NCBI GenBank assembly: GCA_976226885.1
Contig: OZ320313.1
Coordinates: 155,992,001-156,056,000 of the forward strand
Source of the DNA: Iphione sp. A-MEVVRFRX5
Taxonomy: Eukaryota
DNA length: 64,000 nucleotides
Direction: 5' to 3'
The notes under the pieces were generated by a model that made no database searches, was not told where the DNA came from, and worked only from the letters and a program-made list of their open reading frames with translations. Below, one piece after another: positions 43,306 through 57,082 of the stretch (positions are counted from its first letter, which is position 1; the number at the start of each line of letters is the position of its first letter). Both the position numbers and the translations under genes were made by a program.

Positions 43306-45236
43306 TGTTGAGAGAATCAGTGATCAGGTGAATTGGCAGACTTCTTCGTTTCGTGTCACTGAGATGCTGTTTCACTATTCAGTCATTCAGCAGGAGAATG
43401 ATGCCAGTCTTCTGCCAGATGTGACCGATGTAAATTGACGAAATCAAGTCTGTTTAAGATTTTACCTCTAAAAGGCCAATCCTTTTACAGTGGCTGCGAC
43501 TGATGCTGCAGCGATTGCGGCGGTGACATCCGAGTTGTATGTGTGGGGGTGACTGGAGGTCGGTTTTTGGACGGGTCTCTGGTTTTCTTGCTTCCCTGCT
43601 GCTACCTGCACCGATGCTGAATATGATGCTCTTAACCACAAGGCTACTGCTGGACGAACGTTGTTGCCGATCAGTGGACAGCTTCAAAGCACCAGGCGCC
43701 AGGCACTCAGCTGGCGAGGCAACACTAGGCACAAGTTCTGGTTCTGGCTGGAGACAAGAGCTCTTACTTGAAGAACAAGGCACCAGTTTTTTTTATCCTG
43801 GTCTTGGTGGTTGCACACTCCTCGTCCTACACACACGGAGAGAGCATGTCTGCACTACAAGTCCTGCTGTACGTGCGTATCTATGTGTATTCACAAGCTG
43901 TGCCTCTCGTCCCACGGTGGTGGTGGCCTGGTTGCCAGGCCTACGTGAATGCAAGCAACCAGGGGTTCCCCTTCCCCTTTTAAATGATCTGGCGGTGGCG
44001 GCGGCTGCTGCTCTGACAGCCACCGGATGGGCGGCTGCGCTCGCGTTGGCCAGAACGAACGAGAAGGGTGTGTGGTAAGGGGTGTCGGTTGGGGGGAGAG
44101 GGAAGGAGGGAGGGTGCAGGGGGTAGACCAGGGAGGGATGGGCTGAAGAGGGCCAGGGGAGACGAGGAAAGAACGACAGGGTGAGGAAGAAGTGGAGTCG
44201 ACGCTAGCGCCGTCTGTCGCACGCCGGGTCGCGCTCGACGTCTCCACAAGCTGCAGTCCGCTGTGACCCTGTGATCCACAGACAGCTGACTGGCAGCAGC
44301 CGAGTGGAGCAGAGGGGGCGGGACGGGAGGGAGTGGAGGGTGAGTGGGCACCTGTGAGGACGAAGGCGTGAGGGAGGGGGAGAGGGAAGCACCACACAGG
44401 TTGGGAGGAAGCAAGGCCGTGGCGGATTGGTCGAGGGCACCGGGAGAGAAAACGGTGAGAAAGGTATCCGTAGAGGGTTTCCACATGTGACGCTGGAAAG
44501 AGCCGGGGGAGGGAGACGCCCAGCGTCGAGGCAGTCAGCGGGCCCACCTGGGCAGGTAAAAATTGGCCTACGCCGTCAGGCTGACTGACTGGCGGGTTGG
44601 CCTGGTGGCTGGCTGGCGGCTCGCCGGCTCGGTACACCTGTCGCTTAGAGTATACCTAGTTCGTCAGGTGTTCCGGTCTGTGAGAACGTAAACTGAAGTC
44701 ACTCGAACATCAGAGTCACATCCCAAAGCACGACTTCCACCTCCCTCGCATCGAGCAGATGATAAAGGGCGATTCTCCTTGGTGGAGAGGAGGTCGTCCT
44801 TTCTAATTATTTAATGAAATAAAACAACGACATTAGCGATCGAGAATTACTTGCCATGCATGTAAACCGTACATAGAAGACAGACAGAAAAAAACCCTCT
44901 TCACTGCTTGTACAGGCTTATCTGTGCTCTAATTGAATACATGACATCGACTAAATTGGAGTCTTAATGAGTTAAAATATTATACCACGTTCTTACTGGT
45001 TATACAGAATATCTGTGCTAACTATGAAATTGGTCATGCACACAGATTGTACCCAGTGCCCTGCTGCTGCAGGTTACAGAGAACTGGACCCCAACGGGCA
45101 AAATGAACTTACAATATCGACGACAACGTCGTCGTCAGTACTTCGGACTCAGTTTGAACGTTTCCTTAATCTCTTCTTGGTAGCTGGACTCTGTTGGGGT
45201 GAGCAGCCTTTGAATAGTCCCCCCTCACGATGGCCC

Positions 45237-45245
45237 CTTTTTATA
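45237..45245 (-). promoter_or_regulatory. Candidate TATA box (TATAAAAAG) upstream of a putative non-coding first exon of the astacin gene
   Basis: Minus strand cc-TATAAAAAG-gggcc, followed about 130 nt downstream by donor ATT|GTAAGT (exon end 45113). Correct orientation, about 1.9 kb upstream of the signal-peptide ATG. Confidence 0.4.
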
Positions 45246-48200
45246 GGATCTCGAGCAGGAGACGCCACCTGAAACCGGAAAATATCATGACGTTAAAGCA
45301 ATTGGAAGCCAACTTGCCCATGCATCTAACCGCAGACTTACCAGGACGTGTTCCATGCGTATTATTAACTGAATTACCCGCCTCCTCTGTGGTTAATCTC
45401 CTTCGAAATAACAACAACTCGTGTCGCCGTCATGCATGTAACCGATCAGAGGAAATATAACTTCTAGGTAGATGACTCCCTTTCACAAATATATTCTTTC
45501 CTACTATACTCCGGATGAAGGATCTTTTAGATATCAAGGCGCCGAGGTTTGGACTAAAATGGATTCATTTTATGTCGACTTATTCTTACAAATATTGGGC
45601 CTCGGATTTCCAATGATTGACCCGTAAAATACATTTTCCTAATATCTTGTTGATTTGTGTATGAATCATGTAAAGAGGTATTAAAACTTCAATATTCATC
45701 CAAAGAAATGCTATTGTGGGGGAAGCTACGTACATATTCCGCTCGCAGTCTGAACGTATTTTTGCCCTTTATTAGACCTGTGCGTTCGTCTGTAGTGTCC
45801 TGTATAGACAAACTCGTCGTAAACGCTGGCAGTCTATCTGAGATGCATGGATGGTTTTTGGCCGCAAGGCGGGAAGCATGCTTTAGTGGCGGTTGCTTAC
45901 ATGTTATGTCCCTTGAATGAAGACCACAATAATGCCCCAGGGAAACCGAATACATTGTATCGTAACCTATACCTACAGTAGCATCAAAGATTGAAATCTT
46001 CAGAATTTCGCTTCTTTACAAGAAGAGCCTTGAATGAAAGAAGACCCCCCCCCCCGCGCGCTCCTGACTAAAACCAACCAAACAACACAGGAAAGATATA
46101 ATACTGTGCATGCTCTGTAACCTTCTAAGCAGGTACTGGAAAAAGAGGAGACAGTGAGCACGTTGCATGATTTTTCCCGAGATTTCAAGATTTCCACATT
46201 CGTCTGCAACGCTCTTCCTGTCGAGGAAGGTTTCCATACGTTTTTATGCCAATGAGGGATACCTGGCTTCCATTGGCCACATGTTCTGTCCCACTTCCAC
46301 TGAACAGATCGGAAAACCAGGTTGACCCTTATTGACCCCATTTACCTTCATTGACACAAAAGTGAATGCAGCATTTCTTCTGCCAATCTTTTTGGGCGAA
46401 CACTAATTTACAGGTGTACACGATAAGGCAAACAGAAAGACTGAATGGGCAAATCTACGTGTTCATGGATGGGGGTCTGTGTTTCTATTGCCTCAGTGGC
46501 CTAACCTACATTCATTACACAGAATAAGGTTAAAAAGTGTAATGGGATCCACTGCACTGGAAAGAACTGACGTTGATCATTACCGGAACTTCAGACAGTG
46601 GAAGCACTTTTTTTCTGGTTTCCTGCACATACGTATTCAATAATCATTACTTTCACATTAGCCATGGCATCCAGAGATCATTTTCTTCTCGGATTCTTTG
46701 CCTGTGCAGCTGGTGTCGTGCCTGAAGAAATTGTTCATTAAGTTGGTGAGGATCCTGTTTGGAAAGGTCTTGTGTCCTTATATGTACGAACAAGTGCTGC
46801 TGTCTATCCGGAAAGCTGATCCCATTACTGATTGCTCTGCCTTGCTGCCTCTGCTGACAACTGTACCTGTGATATTCTTTCAACTTACAAATCTGGCTCT
46901 GATTCAAGGCTTTCTTAGGCAGGACATATTACTCCAGGTAATAAAAAAAACAGCAATGAACGCAGACTACATGAATGGATCATACACTGATCATTGATTA
47001 TTCGGTCTTGTCTTTTTGAACGTTCCAGTCATAGGTCTTCCCTGAGTCAATGTCCTCCAGTAATACAACGGTTAGAAACACATTTTCATTGTAGCAAATA
47101 CATGTATTTCAGGGAGTGTACATTTTCAGTAAGAGACTAATTTTTCCACAGTAAAGATGTTTTTCTGTGAGGAATGCTTATTTTCTAATTAAGACATCGC
47201 TAGTGAACCAAATAGGTATAACACAGTGGTGCTGTGTCGGAGTTACTGTATATTGATAAAACAAACTAGACCTAGAGACTTTCTTTCGTAACCTATCGGC
47301 TGCCTCTTTGTGCTGATGCATTCAAGCATTAGAGCCCTGTGGGCCAGAAAAGGGGACTCCGCTCATCTTTTACTGTAAGAATTCAAATGACCCCTCAACA
47401 TTACAAAGGAATCGCTTTTTTGTAGTACCCTTCAGATGGCTAACACACAAAGAAAAATTATTCTTTAAGATGATTACTTACGTTTCTTGTCCTCAGTATT
47501 CAATTGGGGGTAAAGGGAAGTTTCTCTCAATAACCCATCTCACGAGGACGCAATTATATTTTTATGTTAATGGTTTATATGCTTTGGAATGAAGTAAGAC
47601 TTAAACACATGAAAAACATTTGAGAATAACCCTCGGAGGTCATAAGACAATTTAATTTCTGGCGCAGCCACATCTCAAGGTAAATCACCCTACGTTACTC
47701 GTCCACCAACTGTCTGACTCGACAAAAAAACACTTGCCTCCCTGGGCGAGGGTCCCTTCCTGCCTTTTTTGATCCTCGCCATAAGTCACCCAGTGCGCTT
47801 TTCTAGCCTCTAAGTCTCCGAGTGACAACTAGCATGCAGTATCTTAATTAAGGAAATGCGGCACAATTTCCGGCCAGATCAAACGAGCTAACAAGTGTCT
47901 GGCACCCACCGGGGCACTTTGCGGGCTATTTGTCACGCTGGATAGGAGTGTTTAATTACACGCTGTTGGGAAAGGTTACCATGAAGTTTTTAGATGTGTA
48001 GATCTTTCAAATGTTAATCCAGGGTATATACATACACTCCAATGAACAAAAGAGGATTCAAGAGGGGAAGAGGAACGAAGCCTTTCAGTCATACAAACGC
48101 TTCAATCTAACACCCTTGGATTCTTCCCTCGTTTTGCCTTTGTTATGGCGACCTGAAGTCCTCCAACTCCACAACCGTCAAGCATTTAATCTAAAGCTCA

Positions 48201-48299
48201 ACCTCGGGTTTGGGAGCATGCAATCTACGTATGACTATTGGGACATGACTTTTCTCATGTTGTGGAACTCAGAGACATGTTCCTCTGTACTATACAGAT

Positions 48300-48440
48300 G
48301 TATCATTCCAGAGGCTTTTCATCTGAGTCCCGCTGACCGCCAGGTTTCCTGGATGAAATATATGTTTGCATCCCGAGAAATGACTAAAGCGAGGTCTGCT
48401 CTATTAAAACAAGTGTTATTCATCTTAACCATTTGACCAT
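48300..48440 (-). mobile_element. Possible LINE endonuclease N-terminal relic
   Basis: NTCFNRADLALVISRDANIYFIQETW resembles N.RSL.NK.D.L......DII..QETW. Single motif only. Confidence 0.3.
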
Positions 48441-48775
48441 GAGTGCTTTTTGTTGGTCAGATGAGGTCAGATATGTCTACTTGACTCCTTAATCTCTCAG
48501 CCACGGTAACGTACCAATTCAGAGTATGACTCTTGTGGTTTTGTACGAGCACAGGCAGAAACTGCCTAGGACGATACATTAAATCACTGCGTGGAATCCT
48601 CGCCTGGGCAATCATGGCCTCAGGCAGTTGTTAAGGTCACATGCTTTGCCTATTTCCTGGTTACAAACTAGTGGTTTCTTTCATGAGCCTGATGTCCAAT
48701 ATTGGCGTGATCCCACGTGATTCACTGAGGGCAGAAACACATACCGTCAAAATATATATCAGGGAGTAATGCAAC

Positions 48776-48817
48776 GATATTTACATATATATTTATATTT
48801 ATATTTATATTTATATA
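48776..48817. repeat. (ATATTT)n AT-rich microsatellite
   Basis: Direct read. Confidence 0.9.
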
Positions 48818-51800
48818 TGTAATACCTTTTAATGTCCTGTATGGTAATCGGTGACTTACAGGTGATAAAATTCTGAGATGAAATGTGAAAGTAGGAACCT
48901 CACAACTTAGGACACATCTGGCTACCTTTTGAAAGCGTCCCCATTCAAGGGGTGTTGCCGGTCCTGCACGATGGTAACCAAAATGCAATGCTGTTCCAGC
49001 TAAAGTTTCCGCAGTCAACGGGTGTCCCCTATCCCCTGTCTTATGTCTCCTTGGTTTTAAGCTTCTACTATTTATATGATATATACACTGTGTCCATCAT
49101 GAACTAAACTGAGGTATCCCTGAAGTATTACTTATACAACAGTGCCCGAGAAAAGAAGTGTCAAAGTAAGAGCAAGGTTGATTAACCAAAAGCTGCGTGG
49201 CGCAAATGCATCTGTGGCAAAGGATTGAATGTTGCCAATGATGGAGTGAATATTATAGTTCAGGGATTCCCATACTGTATGTCAATTTTCTTATAGTAAA
49301 TGACATGTTTTAAGATGGAATAAAGGTTTCAGTGGAAGGTTTAAGTGAATGCTGGTAGCCACCACTCCCGCCAGCAATTGGTTAATTAATGTGTCAAATC
49401 AGTCACGTAGTCAGTCATTTCATAGACTCTTTCTAAAAGGACAGCTTGAGTTCAGAATAGAACTTAATGTCTTGAATGAGCGTGTTCATAGACTAGTTAT
49501 ACTTCTCCTAAAATTTCGAACAACCAATCCTACATAAGATATGGCCTCAGACCAGTGGAAGAGATCATTGCATTTACTGCTAAAATAAACAATTGTAGAT
49601 TACACAAATACAAAACATCTTGTCTTTTTTCGAAGCGGATGACTATTGTAAAATGATTCAGAAGTGTTTTCTGTTTATGCTTTCTCCAAGAGTACAGATG
49701 CTTGGAACGAGCTATAGACCCATTATTATACTGATCCCTATGTGTAGGAGTCTTTTAAAAGGTGGAGAAATTTCAAAGTGCATACAGTTCACTAGAAATC
49801 CTATAGTGGGGGGCATGCAATATTCATGAGAGCCATTCGGTTTTTAGAGAGAATAAAGGCATTTTATTGATTTTCCCTCCTTGTTCAGATTTTTTTTATC
49901 AAAGTCGAACCAGGATGACATTAATCAAATCACTTTCCATATTAAAGGAAAGTATTTGGAGACCATTCCTTCCAAATGCTAGCATACAAAATTTTAGGAG
50001 CCCAGCTTCCGGTTTCTAGTGAATGTATCCATAAAAGAATATGTACCCAGCAAAACCGTTCTCCTAAAATTCTAGCATCGTCTGCAGAAAAGTGAGTAAA
50101 TAACTATACTTTACAAAAGTTGGTGCTGTTATCAGGTAATTATGCAGGTGTGCAAGGGGTAGTACCCCTATGCCAATTCTTCATTGTGCGTAATAATAGA
50201 GTTACATTTTTTAGTCATTGTACATAAAATAGGTAATTGCATTAGAATTAGCAAGTCACTGTTGTTGTTCAGGGGCGTACAATGTATTCTATACCGATAT
50301 ATACATGGATACCTGTGTTCAGAACAGATTTATACCTTTTAAAAATGTACTTATCTAATATACACCTGCAACGAAAGCATTTCATCTAGAAATATCTAGG
50401 AAAAATATCACGAAGAAAGTAGCCTTTCAATGCAAAAATAATCAACCTTGGTAATTTTAGTTCAGTGTAAAAATGTAATTACATTTCGTGGGTTTCCTGG
50501 ACAGACTGTGGTGGATCTACTTCTTATACCTGACATGGACAAAAGCAGTGTCACAAAGGTGGCTGTTCCTATGATGCAGAGAATTATGTGACATTGCTTT
50601 GGGAAAATGTAGGCCGTAAAGTTCGATTTTGAACCAGGTACCGGCATTTGCTCAATTTATTTCATGGCTTTTTGGATGTGACGAAGGGCGCACCGATTAT
50701 TCACGACCGCTAACTCTGGAGCAGTTAGATATTGACCGGTAAATTATAGTTGCTTGGGCGACAACGATCATCAATCGTTAAAATGGTTCACTGCAATCTT
50801 TGTTAGGTCGAGGCACTGTGACGGGAATACCTGATGTGATTTGCTTATTGATTTAATTCTAAATTGGTAATGTATTCGGCCCTTTGATAAAAAAGGGTAG
50901 ATAGATCAGTGAATATGAACGAGCTGATTCTAAAATGGTCACAACCAGAAAGAGGCTCCCTTGTAGGAAAAAGTGAGGTGAATTGAGGAATTGGCTATGT
51001 GTTGGAGTGTCAACAAAAAGCGATATACACGTACAAGTTCACAGCTGCATTTTCTAATGAGGCAAAAGCCCAGCTGTGAGGTCGGAAGTCACGATTTTCA
51101 TTTATCACAGACATTAATGATATTAATGAAGCTCATACGTGAGCAGTCCCAAGTCCTTTTTTCCCAAAGAGATACATTTATAAATGACATACACGTGGGG
51201 ATCGATTTACTGAAGGACACTGAAAAACAGTGGCCAATAACGTGTTTCTAACAGTAAGGACATTGCTTGATTATTGGTATTGTGGAGTGTAAACATTTCT
51301 TCCGTTACGAGGAATGACATAAAAGCGCAATCTTTGTGTTCCGAGAAGGTTACTCATATTTGATGGGGGTTCTAATCATTAAGACACAACTGGGGGCGGG
51401 GGGAGTCTGGACAAACCCCGATAGTACAAGTAGTTTTATTTTCAAATACGTGCCATTTGTCCACAAATGTTTTTGAGTATTTGCATACTGTATATCATAT
51501 AATACGTTTCCAGCGTATACTAATGTATGGGAAGTTATATTGACAATATCACCACAACCTGGGACCGAAAGAGATCTGCTATTCAGGGGCTAGCTACTGG
51601 TCTCTAATTAGACTAAGAGATATGGCCATGATAACAACCATTTAGGCTGTTATCATGAGTCACTGTTCTATAGCGAGGTGATTTACTGTCTTAACCATTA
51701 ACTGTGTCAGTGTTTTCTTCATTTTCGAGTTCTTCTTAATCTGCATGTTTTCTTCCTGTTCATTCCAACCTTTGGGTCGGGCCATGAATTATGTTTGCAA

Positions 51801-54103
51801 AGATAAAAAAAGGCATCATGATTCGTGAGAGTAATAGTTTCACTTCCCTGATTTATAAAGGAAGAAAACATTTACTGTCTGTTGAACACAGGAATACATG
51901 TCTTTTATTAAACCTTGCACTGTCTGTACATTATCGTGAAAAAAACAACAACAAACAAATGGGTACTTGTATCGTGCATTGTCTGTTGACTGCATAACCT
52001 ACTCACGTGCGAGCAGTGTGGGTCAGTTGGTCTATGATTCAGTCAGCCCTTGTGGAATATGTACCTGTATTTCAGACGAAATGCATGTCTAAATATGGCC
52101 GTAGACAGGCACATCGAAAACCGACCGATCACGAGGGAAAGCGCACGGAAGTGCTTGAGGCTTACCTCATTATCATCACGACAACTCCTATACGTTTTCC
52201 AGATCCTATCCTACCTCACTCCACCTCCAGCAAATCTTACATCGCGTGGTGATGCATCTTAACTGTCGCTTTCCTCTCGAGTCAATCGTCGACGTGAATT
52301 CAGCGTAACTGCGAGTACATTGGTTTTTGAAGCAAAGTCATACATGTATAAGAAACGGAACTGAACACAATACATACACACAACGACTTCACTTTAGCAC
52401 TCTTGTGTGTTTAGCTATCTGTCACATAATATGACACTGCCCTATGATACTTCAATATTTACAACTTACCGGTTTTTGCCTATGTTTAGTTGATCCTCTT
52501 GACTGTTTTTATCACTTCTGTTTTCACATTGTGATTTTTCGAGTGTTTCATTGTACACCGAACCATGTTTCCCTACAACACTTTAAGGCTGAAAAGACAA
52601 CTTTAAACGACACATAAGTACCAGATAATGTATGAGGTCAGTCCATTAATTATGGCTATAATGTCCGAGTTTACGAGGCCGCAGGGGTAGTTAGAGTTAT
52701 TTCTGTTGTCAGTTTAATCCTCATCTGTAATTTTTACATTGGATCTCTCGGTCATTGTACTTTTTGTAAGGTACTAGGTATCGCTCCTGGTCACATTCAC
52801 TCGTTGGAGGATTGTAGACAAAACACTATGAATACCCTGGAAAGCCACCTTTGGGATATGTCTTCTACAGGGACGCGCCCAATAGTGCCATGTTTGAGAA
52901 AACAGAGTATATTTGCTATGTATGTATATTAAAATGTCCCCATTAGTCCAAATTAAGGACAGTTTGAAAGAACTGAGGGTATCCTAATTAACGGCTTTAC
53001 ATTCTACAGGTATATCGTATGATAAATACCATCGTCTGATCACAAAACACACTGTATTGTTGTCGTTGTCTAATAATAATCTATTTATCTATCTGGTGAT
53101 GAAGTTGCGGTTTGGGCACCTGCCAAAGTACATTTAAGCTATGAGAGCGTGTTACAAGGCCCCCGTGATGATGTCATTCTTAATGACACTACCAGCCGTA
53201 TCGTCACAGAGGCATCAGTGGATCCACATCACGTGCACGCATAACTGAAATGTAGTGAGGTCATTTCGAAAACCTAACACTACCATGTATTGTTTTCAAA
53301 TGTCCGGGAACAAAGAAACCATCAATAATAACCAATCAGCCATGTTTGATTAGCGAGGTATATTCCCACATGAGTGCCGGCAATGCCCAGTCATGGGTCA
53401 AGTATACAAACGCACGTTTTACTGTGGTTGATATCGTTTCCAAGGTGAACTTGTACTGGTTTCATCCTGATCGTCTGAATGAGCGGGCGCTTCGTGCTAG
53501 AGAACGTTTTACATCACATAAAAACGTACTGGTGATCGGCAACCGGGGGCAGACCCGACGACCCCGGAACTGTACACAACGATCCACTTTCTATTTCACG
53601 GCAGACCGCTGCTCTTACCACACAAACAAACAAAAAAACCTTTTTTTATTGCGATCCCGGTAGTCTTTTCCTAGTCATATCCACATGATGACCTGTGGCC
53701 ATTAATTTATGAAATGACTCTAACACAATAGAGAATCTCACAAGACGCAGTCATTGGGACTACCCTCAGCACATCGGTTTAAAATACGTTATAGCGCCAT
53801 GTGTTAGATAGCTTTGCGACTACATCATGAAATTGTGTGCTTTGATTTGTGGAACCCCTATTATGACGTCACTATAAGCAAAAATATCACGGTGTAGCGG
53901 TGTCGCTGACAGCTCATCGATGGGTACATTTCCTACTCTTTTTGTAGATCGCCGGTGCAGCACATTTCGTCAGTAAAATACAATGTACATGTATAGCGTA
54001 TAGCTTTACCATCGTTAATCCATACCGTTATCGGCCAAAGATCATTCTCTTGAATATAGGTGAGTACTTGCCTGCAGGTCTTTCTGTGTCTCTCTGTCTC
54101 TAA

Positions 54104-54130
54104 CTGTCTGTCTGTCCGTCTGTCTGTCTG

Positions 54131-54177
<47 letters not shown>
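54104..54177. repeat. (TCTG)n followed by (TC)n microsatellite
   Basis: Direct read. Confidence 0.95.
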
Positions 54178-55067
54178 AATCAGGAAGGTCAATGGGTCAT
54201 ATGACCTAAGGTTGATGGATTAAATGCCTGTAAAGTCTCTGAGGTAAGCTGATGCTTCTGGCTTTATCGTGACTATCTACTCGTTCGCTCGTATCAATCT
54301 ACATTTGCTCGTGTGGTCTAGTGATGCCTGGACGTTCAACTATGCTAAAACTCCCCTATTTACCACTGAAAATGGCGATTTTTCCCTACGTTTCACTCCA
54401 AAGAGCCAATCTAGAATGGTGCTGTAAGGGTAGTGTCAGAACCAATAAAAGGCAACGTTACTCTGCACGTTTACAGTTTTTACTGCAATTTCGGATGACA
54501 TCATCATCATGAAGCTACTTAAAGGAAACAAATCGTTGCTCACACATATTTGCCGCAGGAACACTTCTCAAAGGTACCTCTCGTCCACTTTCAAAGAGCG
54601 AAAAATCCAGGCGAAATTCTCCAGGTTGAAAGTAAATATATTTTTCATCCTTGGCGGTTATCTCCACTCAACCTACGTATTGTGCAAGTGAAGTGCATCT
54701 GGGTAAACAGAGACCGCGAGATGCAGATGGTCACAAAAGGGGCAGACAGTATAAAAATCTGTCGGAACATTGTCCGATAGTAAAAACACTACAATGGAAG
54801 GTGACCATAATTGGTATTGTATGTAAATTCTCGAGTGTTCAGAAGCGTGACTCTCTCAATCAGCCAAGAGGAAGAGTGTAAGAAGAAGACGTGAGCTTTT
54901 CATTGCTTTTTGTACTTCTTTCCCCAGAAGACATATTCAAGCTAACCACATCTCAAAGATCATACTCATGGTATATTCATAGTCCTCGCATGCTCGCACG
55001 CAACAGAACTACAAATGTTAAGAAAGAATTTCTAGCTTGCTGTTAGATTCTGAAGTCATTGCTTTTT

Positions 55068-55155
55068 CCAAAATAAAGGAGAAAAAGGAGATCTTTTCCC
55101 CCAAAAAAGTAGAAAAGGGAGATTTTTTTTCCAAAAAAGGAGAAAAGGGAGATCG
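55068..55155. repeat. Purine-rich ~30-bp repeat, 3 copies
   Basis: caaaa(a)aggagaaaagggagat units separated by T runs. Confidence 0.75.
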
Positions 55156-57082
55156 TAAAGCATATAGACACAAACATAGAATCACAGCAAAGGTTCCTGT
55201 TGTCAAAAGGTATCAAAAGTCTAAACAATTAGTTCTTCGAATTGATAACATAGGGTCCTGTAGGAATTATGGCCTTTACATGGCTGTCCTGCAGCAAGTA
55301 GACACGCACGAAGGTAGAGGATACACGACCGCAAAGAGATCCAGGGACCAAATGTGAGGATTTAAGGGCCGAGAAGCATATAGACAAGTCTCGTCTGATC
55401 TAGAGCCAGACCCATTTCCTGTGTACGCTAGAAGGGAAAAAATGCACCGCTTATAGTTACCCCAGCCTACCGCCTCAGCTCGCCAAGACCAAGACAATCC
55501 TTTACTCCTGGCCTCTTCCAGGGAATCACCAAATCTTGGCCTCTTACAACATTACGACTCTGGCGAGAAAATAGCAAATGCCGTGATGCCAAAGCGGTAG
55601 TTTTTACACTTTTGCACAGGGATTATTTTAAAAAACACTCGAATCTTTCATATCTACTGACTAATAACGTACGGCTGAATTAAGGAGAACAAACATGAGA
55701 ACAACACCAATCTTTGCGTATAGAAATGTATATGGAGAGATGACAACTTAAGACAAATTCGCAAATCACATCACGACTGAAGTATATTACCATGAGTCTA
55801 TCTGACTACAACATTTCAAATTATCCTTCTATGCGGTTAGGCTCAGGCTGGACCTACGAATGGTACAAGCTTACTTGAAGGCTGGTAAATCTAAACGCAA
55901 TTAGAATGCAACTTGCTAAAGCTTAAATCAAAATAATGTCACAATCCCATCTCAAATTATAACAGTGCTGATTTCAAGTCATGGCCACCAGATGATGAAG
56001 TAGTGCGTTAAATCCACGTTGTCTCCAGATAATGAACATATCAAGACGGGCATTATCCTATCCACCAAAGCATGCCCCTGTTTAACGGCAAGCCCCAAGA
56101 GCACGGACAAGAGAGCGGTATTAATGCATGTGTGCATTGTCGATCAGGATATTTCATGTAATAGTTGCAGGCATGCAGTCTCTATAACACCAAGTGGTCA
56201 ACTAGATATGTTTTCATAGAGGTACTGGTCGTAGTGATATGGCTAGATACGTTTTTAACAAATTTCGAGTTCGGAAGGTTTTTGAGGATTTTCTGCCAAA
56301 CTGCTGTTGTGATTAAACAGCAACAATAACGTTCTTGGTTGAATCTCATTTGATGTACATGGTAAATCAATGAACTGGACTGAATCTAAAACAATTGTCA
56401 GAGACAACAGACAGTCTATCCCATGCACAGCTCGTTCGCTAAGAACGGCCCTTCACCCAAAGATCCTTAGGGTAAAGCCATAAATCTTAAGAATTATCAC
56501 TATGGGCATTAAATCACCACATATATGGGTGAGATGACCTAACAACTGTGAACTAATTTGTATGCTGCTGTACGCCAGGTAGTCTAATCATGGTAGAGAA
56601 ATAAAGTCCATATATGCAATTCCTTACCAAACGGACTACAAGTGGGGTGCAATGGCATTCCTAAAAGTTCTTGAGAGTAACTGGCTAGTTGCCCACGAGA
56701 AATAATAATGGCCTTAGTTCCTGTCTATATATCTACATGTCTATATATCTACTGTATGTTAGGCACTAATTAGGGTGATTATCTGTGACTTGTGATGGCC
56801 AGAAGGAACGTAGGCCAGCTCTGTCACAGTTGTTTACGGGCTTGTATAATGCAGTTGATACTGATGTCTTTCTACGTATTTACAACTGAAGCCACTGGAA
56901 ACAGTCTCGGGATGTCTGCAAGATTTCCTGGCATTTCTGACTAGGCTTTCCGAAATAAAATAAGAATCTATATTGAAGGAATCATGCATTAAAGCACACA
57001 GACTGCATGTCAATAACGATCTATTTTTGATGCTTACCCAAATAATACGACAAAAGAAGGCTGCCTATTGTTCGAACTTCAT

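Noticed and set aside
50480-50620. Faint reverse-transcriptase-like text (VDLLLIPDMDK...KV)
   Set aside because: Too diverged to distinguish from chance without a profile search.
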